A stretch of DNA of 28,035 bases from a virus (IMGVR_UViG_2563366924_000006:1-28035); one strand, 5' to 3'. Shown: positions 18,157 through 27,042, counted from the first letter of the stretch. A program made the numbers and translations. Notes: generated from the letters alone by a model not told the origin.

Positions 18157-19041
18157 TCAGATCCAGACTTTGTTTTTTTCGCCTGGATTTGCATCAGGCT
18201 GCTTAGTGGTACTTGTGCCAGCCAGCGCATCAAATTTCTGAGTAATGGCATCCAGTTTTCCATCCAGCTTGGTTTCCAGTTGGGTGAACTGCTCAACCGT
18301 AATACTCGTTACCACTGGCTTTTCTTCCGGTTTAACCTCCGGTTTTGCTGGCTCTGTAACTGGCTTGTCACCGGCATTGAACGCTTTCACCTGTTCCTGA
18401 ATGCCGGCAATAGCCGTATCCTGTTTTTCCATGCGCCCCATCAGCGCATCAAACTGTTCCTTGGTCATTTCGTCTTCTTCCGTGTTATGGGTTTGGGTTT
18501 CTTTGTTGCGACTAAATAGACGCGACAGAAACGATTTATCACGTGCGCTGGTTGGCTCATCCGCTTCTTTAAGCGCTCCGAGTGAGAAGGTTTCAACACT
18601 ACCGCGCACCACTGGTGACTCATGACCATCGATGCTAAACATCAGGCGCTCAGTCCCGAGACTTGCGGGGATGTCGGTCACAGCCAGGCCCATCAGATAG
18701 TACTTACCGCTATTAGCGAAATTGGGTATCAGTTCAACAGAAGTGAATAATTTTTGACCCATTTCATTGGTCGCAATAAGCCAGTCATTCGGCATCAGCT
18801 TTGCGTACATCTTCAGTACGCCATCAACCTTCTCAACTTTTACAGCGTCGATTTCGCCATAGTTGTAGCTCCATGAACGCTGCTCCATCGTTTCATCATG
18901 GCGCGGCCACATCAGACCGGTGTAAACCTGGCGGTTATAAAACTCGGCCGCTTCCTGCAGCCATTCTTCCTTGATTTCTCGCCCGTCAACCGTATTCCCT
19001 GCGGTAGCGATACAAACCCAGTCCGTGCGTAAACGAGTCAT
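18157..19041 (-). CDS. O: Capsid scaffolding protein, P2 gpO-like
   Basis: 294 aa (P2 gpO is 284 aa); resembles recalled gpO in the ATNEMGQKLFTSVELIPNFANSGKYYLMGLAVTD block; AAGGA ribosome-binding site; divergent from the terminase gene. Confidence 0.8.
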   Translation of the reverse strand: MTRLRTDWVCIATAGNTVDGREIKEEWLQEAAEFYNRQVYTGLMWPRHDETMEQRSWSYNYGEIDAVKVEKVDGVLKMYAKLMPNDWLIATNEMGQKLFTSVELIPNFANSGKYYLMGLAVTDIPASLGTERLMFSIDGHESPVVRGSVETFSLGALKEADEPTSARDKSFLSRLFSRNKETQTHNTEEDEMTKEQFDALMGRMEKQDTAIAGIQEQVKAFNAGDKPVTEPAKPEVKPEEKPVVTSITVEQFTQLETKLDGKLDAITQKFDALAGTSTTKQPDANPGEKNKVWI

Positions 19042-19230
19042 AACGTCCTTGTTTCATTGCTTTCCTGACCACAAGTAAAACGGAACTGGCCGTGAAATTC
19101 ACGCGCATCACTTTTGTTGCGTTCCGCTACAGGCTGTTATCGGAACGCATCGGAATCAGGCGAAATGCAACACGTTGCCATCCGGTCACAATAGGTACTC
19201 AAAGGGGCAACACGGGCAATCATCAGGACG
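19042..19230. promoter_or_regulatory. Divergent late promoter region between the O operon (-) and the P-Q operon (+), with a 9-10 bp dyad
   Basis: 189-bp intergenic region. Near-perfect inverted repeat TTGCGTTCCG (about 19117-19126) / CGGAACGCAT (about 19141-19150) with a 14-bp spacer; further CGGAAC/CGGAAT copies at about 19081 and 19151. Confidence 0.5.
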
Positions 19231-21003
19231 ATGGCACAAAAATATTCGGACGAAATCAGGGCAGTGGCGCGGCAGCTGTACCTGAAGCGATGGACACCGC
19301 AGGAAATCAAAGAGGAATTAAAACTCCCTTCAGTACGCATCGTTTATTACTGGGCTGAAAAATTCAGCTGGCGGGACATGCTCAGTGAAGAAGGAGTAGA
19401 AGCAGCTCTGTCACGCCGTATTCAGTTACTGACAGACCGGGATAAAAAGACAGATACCGACCTGCGAGAACTGGATCAGCTCGTTGGCCATCACGTCAAA
19501 ATCATGGCGCAGCGGGCAAAACGAGAAGAAAAGCTGCAGCAGCTGCAGAACGGCAATGTGACCACAAATAGCGGTGTCACCCTCACTGATGAGGGTAACA
19601 AGCAGGAGCGCAAAGGCCGCAAAAAGAAAAATGACATCAGCCATCTGACGGCAGAATCTTTTGCAGAATGGGTTTCTGTGCTGTTTGGCTACCAGCTGAC
19701 ATTGCGTGAGAACCTGCATCAGAAAATCCGCAACATCCTTAAAGCTCGCCAGTTAGGTGCAACCTGGTATTTTGCCGGTGAAGCACTGGAAGATGCCGTA
19801 TTAAACGGCAAACCGCAGGTGTTTTTGTCAGCGTCAAAGCGCCAGGCTGAGGTGTTCCGCTCTTACATAGTCAACATTGCCCAGCAATTTCTGGGTGTCG
19901 AACTGACAGGAAACCCCATCCGACTGAGCAACGGCGCAGAACTGAGTTTTCTCGGTACCAACAGCAACACGGCCCAGTCCAACAGCGCCAACGTCTATAT
20001 AGACGAGTATTTCTGGATACCGAAATTCCGCAAACTCAATGACGTGGCAAGTGCGATGGCCACGCACGACAAATGGCGGTTGACCTACTTTTCCACACCC
20101 AGCTCAAAAGCTCATGAAGCCTACCCGTTCTGGACTGGCGATGAATGGCGTCGCGGTCGGGCCGAACGAAAGGACGTTGTATTCCCGAAAGAAGCAGAGC
20201 TGCGTGATGGCGGTCGTCTGTGTCCGGATAAACACTGGCGTTTCATCGTCACTATTGAAGATGCCGTAAAAGCAGGATTTAACCTGGCGAACGTGGATGA
20301 CCTGCGCGACCGCTACAGCGGCCCGGCGTTCGACATGCTGTTTATGTGCGTGTTTGTCGATGATAAAGACGCCGTTTTTGCCTTCGACCAGTTAATGAAG
20401 TGCGGCACCGAACCAGCGTTATGGCAGGACTTTAAACAGGATGAGGCAAGGCCATTTGGCAACAGGGAGGTGTGGGGTGGCTATGACCCCAGTCGCACGA
20501 CGGACAGGGCCATTTTTGTGATTGTTGCACCACCTATTCACGCCGTTGAAAAATTCCGCTTGCTGAAGAAATGGGCCTGGACTGGTCTGTCTTTCAAGTA
20601 CCAGGCAGAACAAATCAAAAAAATCAAAGAACAATACAACCTGACGTACATCGGTATTGATGTGACGGGCATTGGTGCCGGCGTGTTCGACATTGTCAGT
20701 GCATTCGCCCCACGTGAAACAGTTCCCATTCATTACAGCGTGGAAAGCAAGAACCGTCTGGTACTGAAAATGATTGATACCGTTGTCGGCAACCGTATCG
20801 AGTGGGACAGGGAAGATAAGGACATTGCCGCCAGCTTTATGGCCATCAAGCGCACCACAACCAGCAGCGGCAATGCCATGACCTTTGTCGCCACACGATC
20901 AGTTGAAACCGGTCACGCAGACGATTTCTGGGCCATATCTCATGCAATGATTAATGAGCCGCTGAATACCGAACATAAACGCAAATCAAGATGGATTTTG
21001 TGA
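19231..21003 (+). CDS. P: Terminase large (ATPase) subunit, P2 gpP-like
   Basis: 590 aa, the same length as P2 gpP; AGGA ribosome-binding site; followed by the portal gene with a 13-nt overlap. Confidence 0.9.
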   Translation: MAQKYSDEIRAVARQLYLKRWTPQEIKEELKLPSVRIVYYWAEKFSWRDMLSEEGVEAALSRRIQLLTDRDKKTDTDLRELDQLVGHHVKIMAQRAKREEKLQQLQNGNVTTNSGVTLTDEGNKQERKGRKKKNDISHLTAESFAEWVSVLFGYQLTLRENLHQKIRNILKARQLGATWYFAGEALEDAVLNGKPQVFLSASKRQAEVFRSYIVNIAQQFLGVELTGNPIRLSNGAELSFLGTNSNTAQSNSANVYIDEYFWIPKFRKLNDVASAMATHDKWRLTYFSTPSSKAHEAYPFWTGDEWRRGRAERKDVVFPKEAELRDGGRLCPDKHWRFIVTIEDAVKAGFNLANVDDLRDRYSGPAFDMLFMCVFVDDKDAVFAFDQLMKCGTEPALWQDFKQDEARPFGNREVWGGYDPSRTTDRAIFVIVAPPIHAVEKFRLLKKWAWTGLSFKYQAEQIKKIKEQYNLTYIGIDVTGIGAGVFDIVSAFAPRETVPIHYSVESKNRLVLKMIDTVVGNRIEWDREDKDIAASFMAIKRTTTSSGNAMTFVATRSVETGHADDFWAISHAMINEPLNTEHKRKSRWIL

Positions 21004-22034
21004 TGAGCAGAAAGAATAAAAAGCAGCCTGTTACCGCCGAAAACACCGCGCCGGCGCAGCAAAAAATGTCGATGATCTCTTTTGGCAATCCGGAGCGGGC
21101 TATCCTAAATCCGCTCGAGTACGAGCCGGTCTATTTTGACAGTTCCAGCATGTACTACACGCCGCCGGTCAACCGACTGGCACTTGCAGAACTGCCCGAT
21201 ATTAACGGCCAGCATGGCGGCATATTGCGAGCCAGAACCAACATGATCACCGCCGATTTAATCAGTGGTGGCGGTATGCTTCAGGATGATATTCAGGCCA
21301 CAGTGTTAAACCTGCTGACTTTTGGGGATGTGGGGTTGCTCAAATTGCGTAACGCATTCGATAAAGTCATTGGCCTGCTGCCCCTGCCCTCGCTCTATAC
21401 CCGCCGCGGTAAAAACGGAAAGTTTTATGTGCTTCAGAAAAGTGGCCATCTGGAATATGCCAGCGCAGACATTATCTTTGTGAAGCTGTATGACACACGC
21501 CAGCAGGTCTACGGTAAACCGGATTATCTCGGCGGCATTCACTCTGCCATGCTCAATAATGAGGCCACTATTTTCCGTCGTCGCTATTACAAGAACGGCG
21601 CTCATCTTGGGTACATCCTTTACACCACTGACCCGAACATGACAGATGAAATGGAAGATGAGATGAAGGAACAAATTGCTGCAGGTAAAGGTGTCGGTAA
21701 CTTTAAATCAATGCTGATTAACATCCCGAACGGAAAGGAAAAAGGTGTGCAACTGCTCCCGGTCAGCGATATGGGGGCAAAAGATGAGTTTGTTAACATC
21801 AAAAATATCAGCATGCAGGATATTTTGAACGCTCACCGCTTCCCACCAGGCCTCGCCGGTATGATGCCGAACAATAACAGCTCATTCCCCGACATCACGA
21901 AAACCCGCGACGCATACCAGCGTGATGAAGTGATCCCGGTGCAAAAACTCATTAGCGATGCTGTGAACACAGATAAGGAAATACCCGCAAACTTGCGCAT
22001 TAATTTTGCACAATCAAAGCCGAACGAGGCATAA
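20991..22034 (+). CDS. Q: Portal protein, P2 gpQ-like
   Basis: 347 aa (P2 gpQ is 344 aa); EATIFRRRYYKNGAHLGYILYTTDP closely matches recalled P2 gpQ AATLFRRRYYLNGSHMGYILYLTDP. Confidence 0.9.
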   Translation: MDFVMSRKNKKQPVTAENTAPAQQKMSMISFGNPERAILNPLEYEPVYFDSSSMYYTPPVNRLALAELPDINGQHGGILRARTNMITADLISGGGMLQDDIQATVLNLLTFGDVGLLKLRNAFDKVIGLLPLPSLYTRRGKNGKFYVLQKSGHLEYASADIIFVKLYDTRQQVYGKPDYLGGIHSAMLNNEATIFRRRYYKNGAHLGYILYTTDPNMTDEMEDEMKEQIAAGKGVGNFKSMLINIPNGKEKGVQLLPVSDMGAKDEFVNIKNISMQDILNAHRFPPGLAGMMPNNNSSFPDITKTRDAYQRDEVIPVQKLISDAVNTDKEIPANLRINFAQSKPNEA

Positions 22035-22095
22035 TAGCGTGAAAATTAATCATAAGAAGTATTATCGGTTACCGTCAAACGCAAGGAGCAGAGGT

Positions 22096-22356
22096 ATGCG
22101 CATTAAATGTCCTGAGTGTGGATCAAGAGCGATTATTAAAACAACAAATCCAATCCACCCTCAGCTTTCCGAACTCTACTGCGCCTGTGGCGATGTGAAT
22201 TGTGGCCATACATATGTTTTGCAGGTGTCGTTTAAACATACGTTAAGCCCGAGCAGAAAATCACTTGATGATTTACTGGTGGGGTTGATTGGCTCGCTCG
22301 GCCAGAAACAAAAGGCCGAGCTAATCAGCCGGCTGAGTCACTCAGCTGCAGCATAG
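22096..22356 (+). CDS. ogr: Ogr/Delta-family zinc-finger late transcription activator
   Basis: From the ATG at 22096 (AAGGAG ribosome-binding site): MRIKCPECGSRAIIKTTNPIHPQLSELYCACGDVNCGHTY, matching the Ogr Cys pattern (recalled P2 Ogr CPLCQHAAHARTSRYITDTTKERYHQCQNVNCSATF). The ORF track start at 22006 is a TTG. Confidence 0.85.
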   Translation: MRIKCPECGSRAIIKTTNPIHPQLSELYCACGDVNCGHTYVLQVSFKHTLSPSRKSLDDLLVGLIGSLGQKQKAELISRLSHSAAA

Positions 22357-22376
22357 ATATAACTTACCGCCCTTTC

Positions 22377-25031
22377 CTATTTATCCCGACTGAACACCCA
22401 GCAGCGGAATGTTTCTGGCATTCGCTGCATTTCCCCTTTGCCCTTGTTCGCCCGTTCGCTAACCGCACTACGTTTCGTCGTTTGGCCTATGAAACGTCGC
22501 TCACTGCTGCTTTTAAGGAGTTTTTTGATTTCCGTTAATGTGAAATTCATACGCTGCCGGTGAGCTGCGGCGACTTCCTCCATGTGATTAAAGTTAACGG
22601 CTATTTCACTGTCATCTGTTGAATGATTTATACCGAACGGCGCAAGTTCATCAAGATAATCAAACAGCTCCCAGAACTCCTGAACAAGTGGATGATCCTT
22701 TTTGAGTGCATGGCAGCGCTCGATGGCCAGCGCGGTGATGGCTTCACGTGTTTTATGAATACGGTCAACAGAAAGAGGCACAACAAGCGCCAGCGCTTCG
22801 AGCAACCCCGCTAATTGAGCATGGTTTTTCGCTACACGGATATGACGAATATCAGGGTGTGTTTCCAGTTCATTACGGGCGCGTTCATAACCACGGCCAT
22901 AAGCTTCCAGCACTTCCTGTTCTCGCATAATGGACTGCAGAGTAAAGCCTGAAACCTGGCTAACCGGTATTTGCTCAAGGCGTTCAGCTGCGTGGCGGGT
23001 ATGAATAGACTGGCCACGTTTATCGGTATAGATATGAATGATACGCTCCAGAAATGCCTTGCTGCCGTCTGTATCCGCATTCTGTGCTATCACGATAGCG
23101 CCCCGGAATGGCGGCTCGTATGTCTCGTTATTGTTAGATTTGATACCCACGGCGCGGGATGCGCGACCGTTATAAAGGGATTTCAGCTCATCCCAGTCAA
23201 AAGCGCGCTGTTTAGCATTATCCGTGGTGCGGTCACCTTCTATCAGCACTACAGGCAAATTCCCTACCTGTGCAAAGTTACGGCCACGCGCTGCAGGTGT
23301 AGATTTTGACGGGTCAAAACCTTCATATTCTTCACGGCCAGCAAGCTTCCAGAGAAATTCTATCAGGGTAGATTTACCCGTGCCGGGTTCACCGACAATT
23401 TCCAGAAACGGGAAAGATTTATCACGCTCGCGTATCTGTTCAGCAAATAACGAACCCAGCCAGAACGCCAACGCCACATATCCTTTTTCACCAAATGCCG
23501 TCCAGATATCATCCACCCAACCCGTAGTGAACTCATTCAATTTTGGATTTAGATCCAGTGATGGCGTTAGGCTCAGACTTTTAACGCTGGCACTGTTGAT
23601 TTCGAAATAATCCTCATCGTTCATCTCATACAGCTTGCCACTGCAGACCGCCACTCGGTTAAACAACCAGGCTGAATAATCTTTGTTATAGCCGATAAAA
23701 TTCTGCGTTTTCACTTCTTTGATTTCTGGAAGCCGCAACTGGATAAACTTATCCAGCTGTTTGGTACTGCCGGTGTAAACCGCACCTTTAGCAATATGCA
23801 AAAGGCGCTTTTTAAATTCTGCAGAGCTGGTCAGTTGATTCGCAGTAAACGTGTCCTTAATCGCGGGGTGATTGGGCATATTTACTTTCACGTAATACCA
23901 AGATTCATCCGTCGGCTCAGAGCGCTGGTAATACAACGGAGTCAGCCAGCAGTTGGCGATTTCAGTCACGCAGCCAGATTCTTTCACTGCCCGCGCCTTG
24001 GCTTCCCATTCCATCACCACTTCCTGCCCGGAATTAGCGATACGGTCATAGGCTCTCATGTATCTGTCCAGGTCCAGTTCGAACCAGTACATGCGGGAAC
24101 CATGCTCAAAATAGAAGGAATGCCACTCATTATGCTGATGCATCAGCAGGGCTTTTTCAGTCGGGCTTTTTGCCAGCAGAAGATCGCCAAAATAACGATA
24201 GTTTTTGATGTCCGATTTGCTAAATCTGTCGCGGATTAGCAGGTCATTCCAGTCAAGTTCAACTGCTGTTTTGAGCGGCTGCGCCGCCCGGACATCCCAG
24301 CCAGCAGACTTGCTGCGTGATGCAAATGAAAGGGTGTGTTTCGTTCCGGCCTTATCGCCATCAAAGGCCCAAACCAGACGTGGCCGGGGTTTCTCACCCA
24401 GTTCTTTAGCCAGCGCATCGAGCGAGGCCAGAGGATAGTTATTGCTACTGAGTGTAGCCACAGCGGGTAAACCGGCCTGGCATAAACTGAGAGCGTTAAA
24501 AATACCCTCAGTTATCCAGATTTCTTTTGCATCAGGCAGGTGGATAAACGGCGGCACCCACCAGTGACCACCGTAATTGCCTGAGAAATGCGCCTTCTGT
24601 TTGAAACGGTCTGGCTGGTCAATGATGCGCTCCCATGTAGCGCCGTTGGCCAGCTTAAATTTAACAGTGGCACTACCCAGCCCATGACGGACAAACGCGC
24701 CCTGGGTAAAACAACCTTTGAGAATGTCAGTATCAAGGCCACGCGCTTCACGTAAATACGCTTCTGCCGCAGCAGCCGGTGATTCGACTGTTGCGACATA
24801 CCGCTTTGACCAGTCCTCAAAAATATCGGAATACAGCTCTTTGACTGCGACCTCCTTACCGCATTTATTTTCACGGCCACATTTAAGAAGCCAGGGCTTT
24901 TCCGCACTGGTAAATAGTTCGCGTTTCTGGCAAGCAGGGCAAACACCCTGCTGTAAATATTTATCTTTCTCTTTAAATTCAAAATCATTAATGAGACGGC
25001 GAACAACTTCCTGTTGTATGGATACGTTCAT
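22377..25031 (-). CDS. Phage P4 alpha-type primase-helicase replication protein
   Basis: 884 aa; N-terminal zinc-ribbon (CPACQ...CGRENKCG), primase/Toprim-like acidic region (EGIFNALS, WAFDGDKAG), Walker A GEPGTGKST in the central helicase-like domain, long C-terminal domain. Confidence 0.85.
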   Translation of the reverse strand: MNVSIQQEVVRRLINDFEFKEKDKYLQQGVCPACQKRELFTSAEKPWLLKCGRENKCGKEVAVKELYSDIFEDWSKRYVATVESPAAAAEAYLREARGLDTDILKGCFTQGAFVRHGLGSATVKFKLANGATWERIIDQPDRFKQKAHFSGNYGGHWWVPPFIHLPDAKEIWITEGIFNALSLCQAGLPAVATLSSNNYPLASLDALAKELGEKPRPRLVWAFDGDKAGTKHTLSFASRSKSAGWDVRAAQPLKTAVELDWNDLLIRDRFSKSDIKNYRYFGDLLLAKSPTEKALLMHQHNEWHSFYFEHGSRMYWFELDLDRYMRAYDRIANSGQEVVMEWEAKARAVKESGCVTEIANCWLTPLYYQRSEPTDESWYYVKVNMPNHPAIKDTFTANQLTSSAEFKKRLLHIAKGAVYTGSTKQLDKFIQLRLPEIKEVKTQNFIGYNKDYSAWLFNRVAVCSGKLYEMNDEDYFEINSASVKSLSLTPSLDLNPKLNEFTTGWVDDIWTAFGEKGYVALAFWLGSLFAEQIRERDKSFPFLEIVGEPGTGKSTLIEFLWKLAGREEYEGFDPSKSTPAARGRNFAQVGNLPVVLIEGDRTTDNAKQRAFDWDELKSLYNGRASRAVGIKSNNNETYEPPFRGAIVIAQNADTDGSKAFLERIIHIYTDKRGQSIHTRHAAERLEQIPVSQVSGFTLQSIMREQEVLEAYGRGYERARNELETHPDIRHIRVAKNHAQLAGLLEALALVVPLSVDRIHKTREAITALAIERCHALKKDHPLVQEFWELFDYLDELAPFGINHSTDDSEIAVNFNHMEEVAAAHRQRMNFTLTEIKKLLKSSSERRFIGQTTKRSAVSERANKGKGEMQRMPETFRCWVFSRDK

Positions 25032-25071
25032 ATTTAATCCAGATGAAAATAATTCAACGAAAAGGCAAAAA

Positions 25072-25290
25072 TCAGAATTTTATCTGTTTGTTATACCGCT
25101 CATGCGTCATTAATACCCAACGCTGACCTTTATCTTTACTAAGTAAACGCCAGCGTAAAGAAACATGAATAGATAAGTAATGTTTTGGTTTAATGACCTG
25201 ATAAACTTTTCTGCCATCGTAGTATTCACTAAGCATTGAAAATGACTTGTTAATGACATTTTCATTTGCATGAGAAGTCACAATTAACAT
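25072..25290 (-). CDS. Small basic hypothetical protein (54-72 aa) in the AT-rich cargo block
   Basis: ORF starts immediately after the stop of the exonuclease gene; very AT-rich; no clear ribosome-binding site; no family recognised. Confidence 0.3.
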   Translation of the reverse strand: MLIVTSHANENVINKSFSMLSEYYDGRKVYQVIKPKHYLSIHVSLRWRLLSKDKGQRWVLMTHERYNKQIKF

Positions 25291-25292
25291 AG

Positions 25293-25853
25293 CTATTTCA
25301 CACTGTTTTTTATGCCAAGGAACATCCAGATATAAGAAACAATTTTGATATTATGAAGCGCATGTGCCAGTGAGTTACGCTGAAAGTCATATTTAATAAT
25401 GCTATTCATATTCAGCCCAAGTTCTTCTGCTATTGTCACCATGGTAATGACACTCTGCTCATTAGCTTCAAGAAAACACTGACCGGCGAACCTGTCCAGG
25501 TAATGATGTATCACCTTGCTATGCATGGACGGACAACCAAACCAGGTCTTGACGTATTTGGCATCAGAATTTTCAATGATAAACCCGTACAGGTCACAGA
25601 TAGCCAGCTCAATATCCTGACAATCATCATCCAGTATCTGACTGCGAACCTCTGAAGGCTGACGTAACCACCACTGGATAGCGTGGGCACTTACCGTACC
25701 GCCATTACTCATACAGTCATCAAGGCTGATACGTCTGTAGAATTGCTTACCAACCTCCCCAGTTGTAGGGTCAAAGAAAACGGCGCTTAAACCCGTAATA
25801 GCTGCGGTGTGCTTTTCGTCCATCAGTTCTACATCAATCATTAAATGTTGCAT
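25293..25853 (-). CDS. 3'-5' exonuclease, T4 DexA-like (DEDD-type)
   Basis: From the ATG at 25853 (AAGGA ribosome-binding site): MQHLMIDVELMDEKHTAAITGLSAVFFDP... resembles the recalled T4 DexA N-terminus (DFETMG..EKAAVIDLSVIAFDP); second block HAIQWWLRQPSEVRSQI versus STIEWWKNQSPEARKNI. The ORF track N-terminal extension to 25973 is hydrophobic and lacks a ribosome-binding site. Confidence 0.65.
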   Translation of the reverse strand: MQHLMIDVELMDEKHTAAITGLSAVFFDPTTGEVGKQFYRRISLDDCMSNGGTVSAHAIQWWLRQPSEVRSQILDDDCQDIELAICDLYGFIIENSDAKYVKTWFGCPSMHSKVIHHYLDRFAGQCFLEANEQSVITMVTIAEELGLNMNSIIKYDFQRNSLAHALHNIKIVSYIWMFLGIKNSVK

Positions 25854-25866
25854 GTGGATATCCTTA

Positions 25867-26199
25867 TCAGGAAACGTGGCGAGAATTGGAGGAAGTATTA
25901 CGCTTACGCGCAACACTATTAGCAGCCAGAGATATAAGGCCGGGAACACTGCTTTCTTCAGGAACCTGACCACTGAACACCATTAATGTGATGGTGTGCA
26001 ATTCTTCATAGTCTGTTATGTCATTATTAAAATGCGCAGATGACGAAATACCTTCAAGGCATTTTGCCAATTTGATATTCAACTCCATCAACTGCAAAGC
26101 ATCGCTATGAATAGCTGACTGGTCAGTATTGATGTTTTCAATTTGATTATGATAATTCTGCAACAAACTACGAATTATCGTGGCGTATTTTGCTTTCAT
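25867..26199 (-). CDS. Hypothetical early protein (about 110 aa) in the AT-rich cargo block
   Basis: First gene after cox on the same strand; AT-rich; basic Ser-rich C-terminus; start uncertain (ATG at 26199 or GTG at 26232); no family recognised. Confidence 0.35.
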   Translation of the reverse strand: MKAKYATIIRSLLQNYHNQIENINTDQSAIHSDALQLMELNIKLAKCLEGISSSAHFNNDITDYEELHTITLMVFSGQVPEESSVPGLISLAANSVARKRNTSSNSRHVS

Positions 26200-26275
26200 A
26201 ATTAACCCAAAGAATAAATTATTCAATATCACGAATGCTTTTAGAATTACTCACCCATGAGAACACGAGTGATTT

Positions 26276-26572
26276 TTATTGTTTCGCATTCTGCTGTTTC
26301 ATTTTTTCAGTAGTGAATAGGCGGTTTTTCCAGTCATGCCACTCAGGCGGGGCATTCTGTGCCAAGTGGGCAACATATGCATCCCACTCACCTTTATGAA
26401 TATAAACCTCGCCACCTTTTTTTGATGGGTTTAAAGGGTCTTTCATTCGGATTACCGGCAATTTACCAGCTGTCGCCATTTTTCGAATTGCTGCCGGAGT
26501 TTTACCTACATATGCAGCAAAAAGTTCTGGCGTCACAAGGTCTGAAAGCGCGTTTTCGGCTAGTTCTTTCAT
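26276..26572 (-). CDS. cox: Cox-like excisionase / early regulatory protein
   Basis: 98 aa; ...AAIRKMATAGKLPVIRMKDPLNPSKKGGEVYIH...PPEWHDWKNRL resembles recalled P2 Cox (GAVRRMIDKGKLPVIDMTDPQSASGRAGEYWVY...IRDGWLMWLGL); GGAGGA ribosome-binding site; divergent from C. Confidence 0.85.
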   Translation of the reverse strand: MKELAENALSDLVTPELFAAYVGKTPAAIRKMATAGKLPVIRMKDPLNPSKKGGEVYIHKGEWDAYVAHLAQNAPPEWHDWKNRLFTTEKMKQQNAKQ

Positions 26573-26670
26573 CTGTGGTATCCTCCATCAGTTTGGGTTC
26601 CTAAGGCGTTTTAAGTCGTCCTAGGGTTTATTTAGTCAGAAATAACTGACCTAATGATAGTCAGAAGGTT
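26573..26670. promoter_or_regulatory. Lysis-lysogeny switch region between cox (-) and C (+), with candidate operator repeats
   Basis: 98-bp AT-rich intergenic region; direct repeats TAGTCAGAA at about 26633-26641 and 26658-26666 (25 bp centre to centre), a related TAAGTCGTC at about 26612, and a small palindrome GTCAG-N6-CTGAC at about 26635-26650. Confidence 0.6.
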
Positions 26671-26976
26671 ATGACCATGTCAATGAGCTATGCTCAAAAA
26701 TTAAAGAGTATCCGTGCAGCAGAAGGGCTAACGCAAAAACAGCTGTCAGAGCTAACAGGCGTAAGTTTGGGAATGATTAAAAACTACGAAAGTGAACAGC
26801 ATCCAGCTGGCGTTCAGACAGTTGAAAAAGTGATACAGGTCGAAAGGTTCGAAAAATATACACTCTGGTTAATGACGGGAAAAACAGCCCCTGCAGCGGG
26901 TCAAGTTTCTCCGCCTCTCTCCCCTGATGGGCAAGACAAAATAAAATCGCGCCCCTCAGACCAGAAAACTGGCTAA
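26671..26976 (+). CDS. C: Immunity repressor, P2 C-like
   Basis: 101 aa (P2 C is 99 aa); FEKYTLWLMTGKTAPAAGQVSPPLSPDGQ...SDQKTG resembles recalled P2 C FTKYTLWFMTNQIAPESGQIAPALAHFGQ...SGQKTG; HTH-like segment LTQKQLSELTGVSLGMIKNYE. Confidence 0.85.
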   Translation: MTMSMSYAQKLKSIRAAEGLTQKQLSELTGVSLGMIKNYESEQHPAGVQTVEKVIQVERFEKYTLWLMTGKTAPAAGQVSPPLSPDGQDKIKSRPSDQKTG

Positions 26977-27042
26977 TTATCTGGTTTTTCTATTCTTTAT
27001 CACAAAAATTACACAATGATTTTAACATCGGAGGGCTTCGCT

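Noticed and set aside
22006-22095. N-terminal extension of the ogr ORF in the ORF track (116 aa)
   Set aside because: The extension starts at a TTG and runs through the Q-ogr intergenic region; the ATG at 22096 has an AAGGAG ribosome-binding site and gives an Ogr-sized protein.
22035-22095. Search for a P2-type cos site (GGCGAGGCGGGGAAAGCAC-like) next to the portal gene
   Set aside because: No similar sequence was recognised here or elsewhere in the window; the cos location remains unknown.
22330-22376. Palindrome GCTGAGTCACTCAGC near the 3' end of ogr, between convergent ogr and primase genes
   Set aside because: Loop too short for a stable hairpin and no flanking U-run on either strand; not a convincing terminator.
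25854-25973. N-terminal extension of the exonuclease ORF in the ORF track (226 aa)
   Set aside because: The extension is hydrophobic and overlaps the upstream gene; the ATG at 25853 has a good ribosome-binding site and begins exactly at the DexA-like conserved N-terminus.
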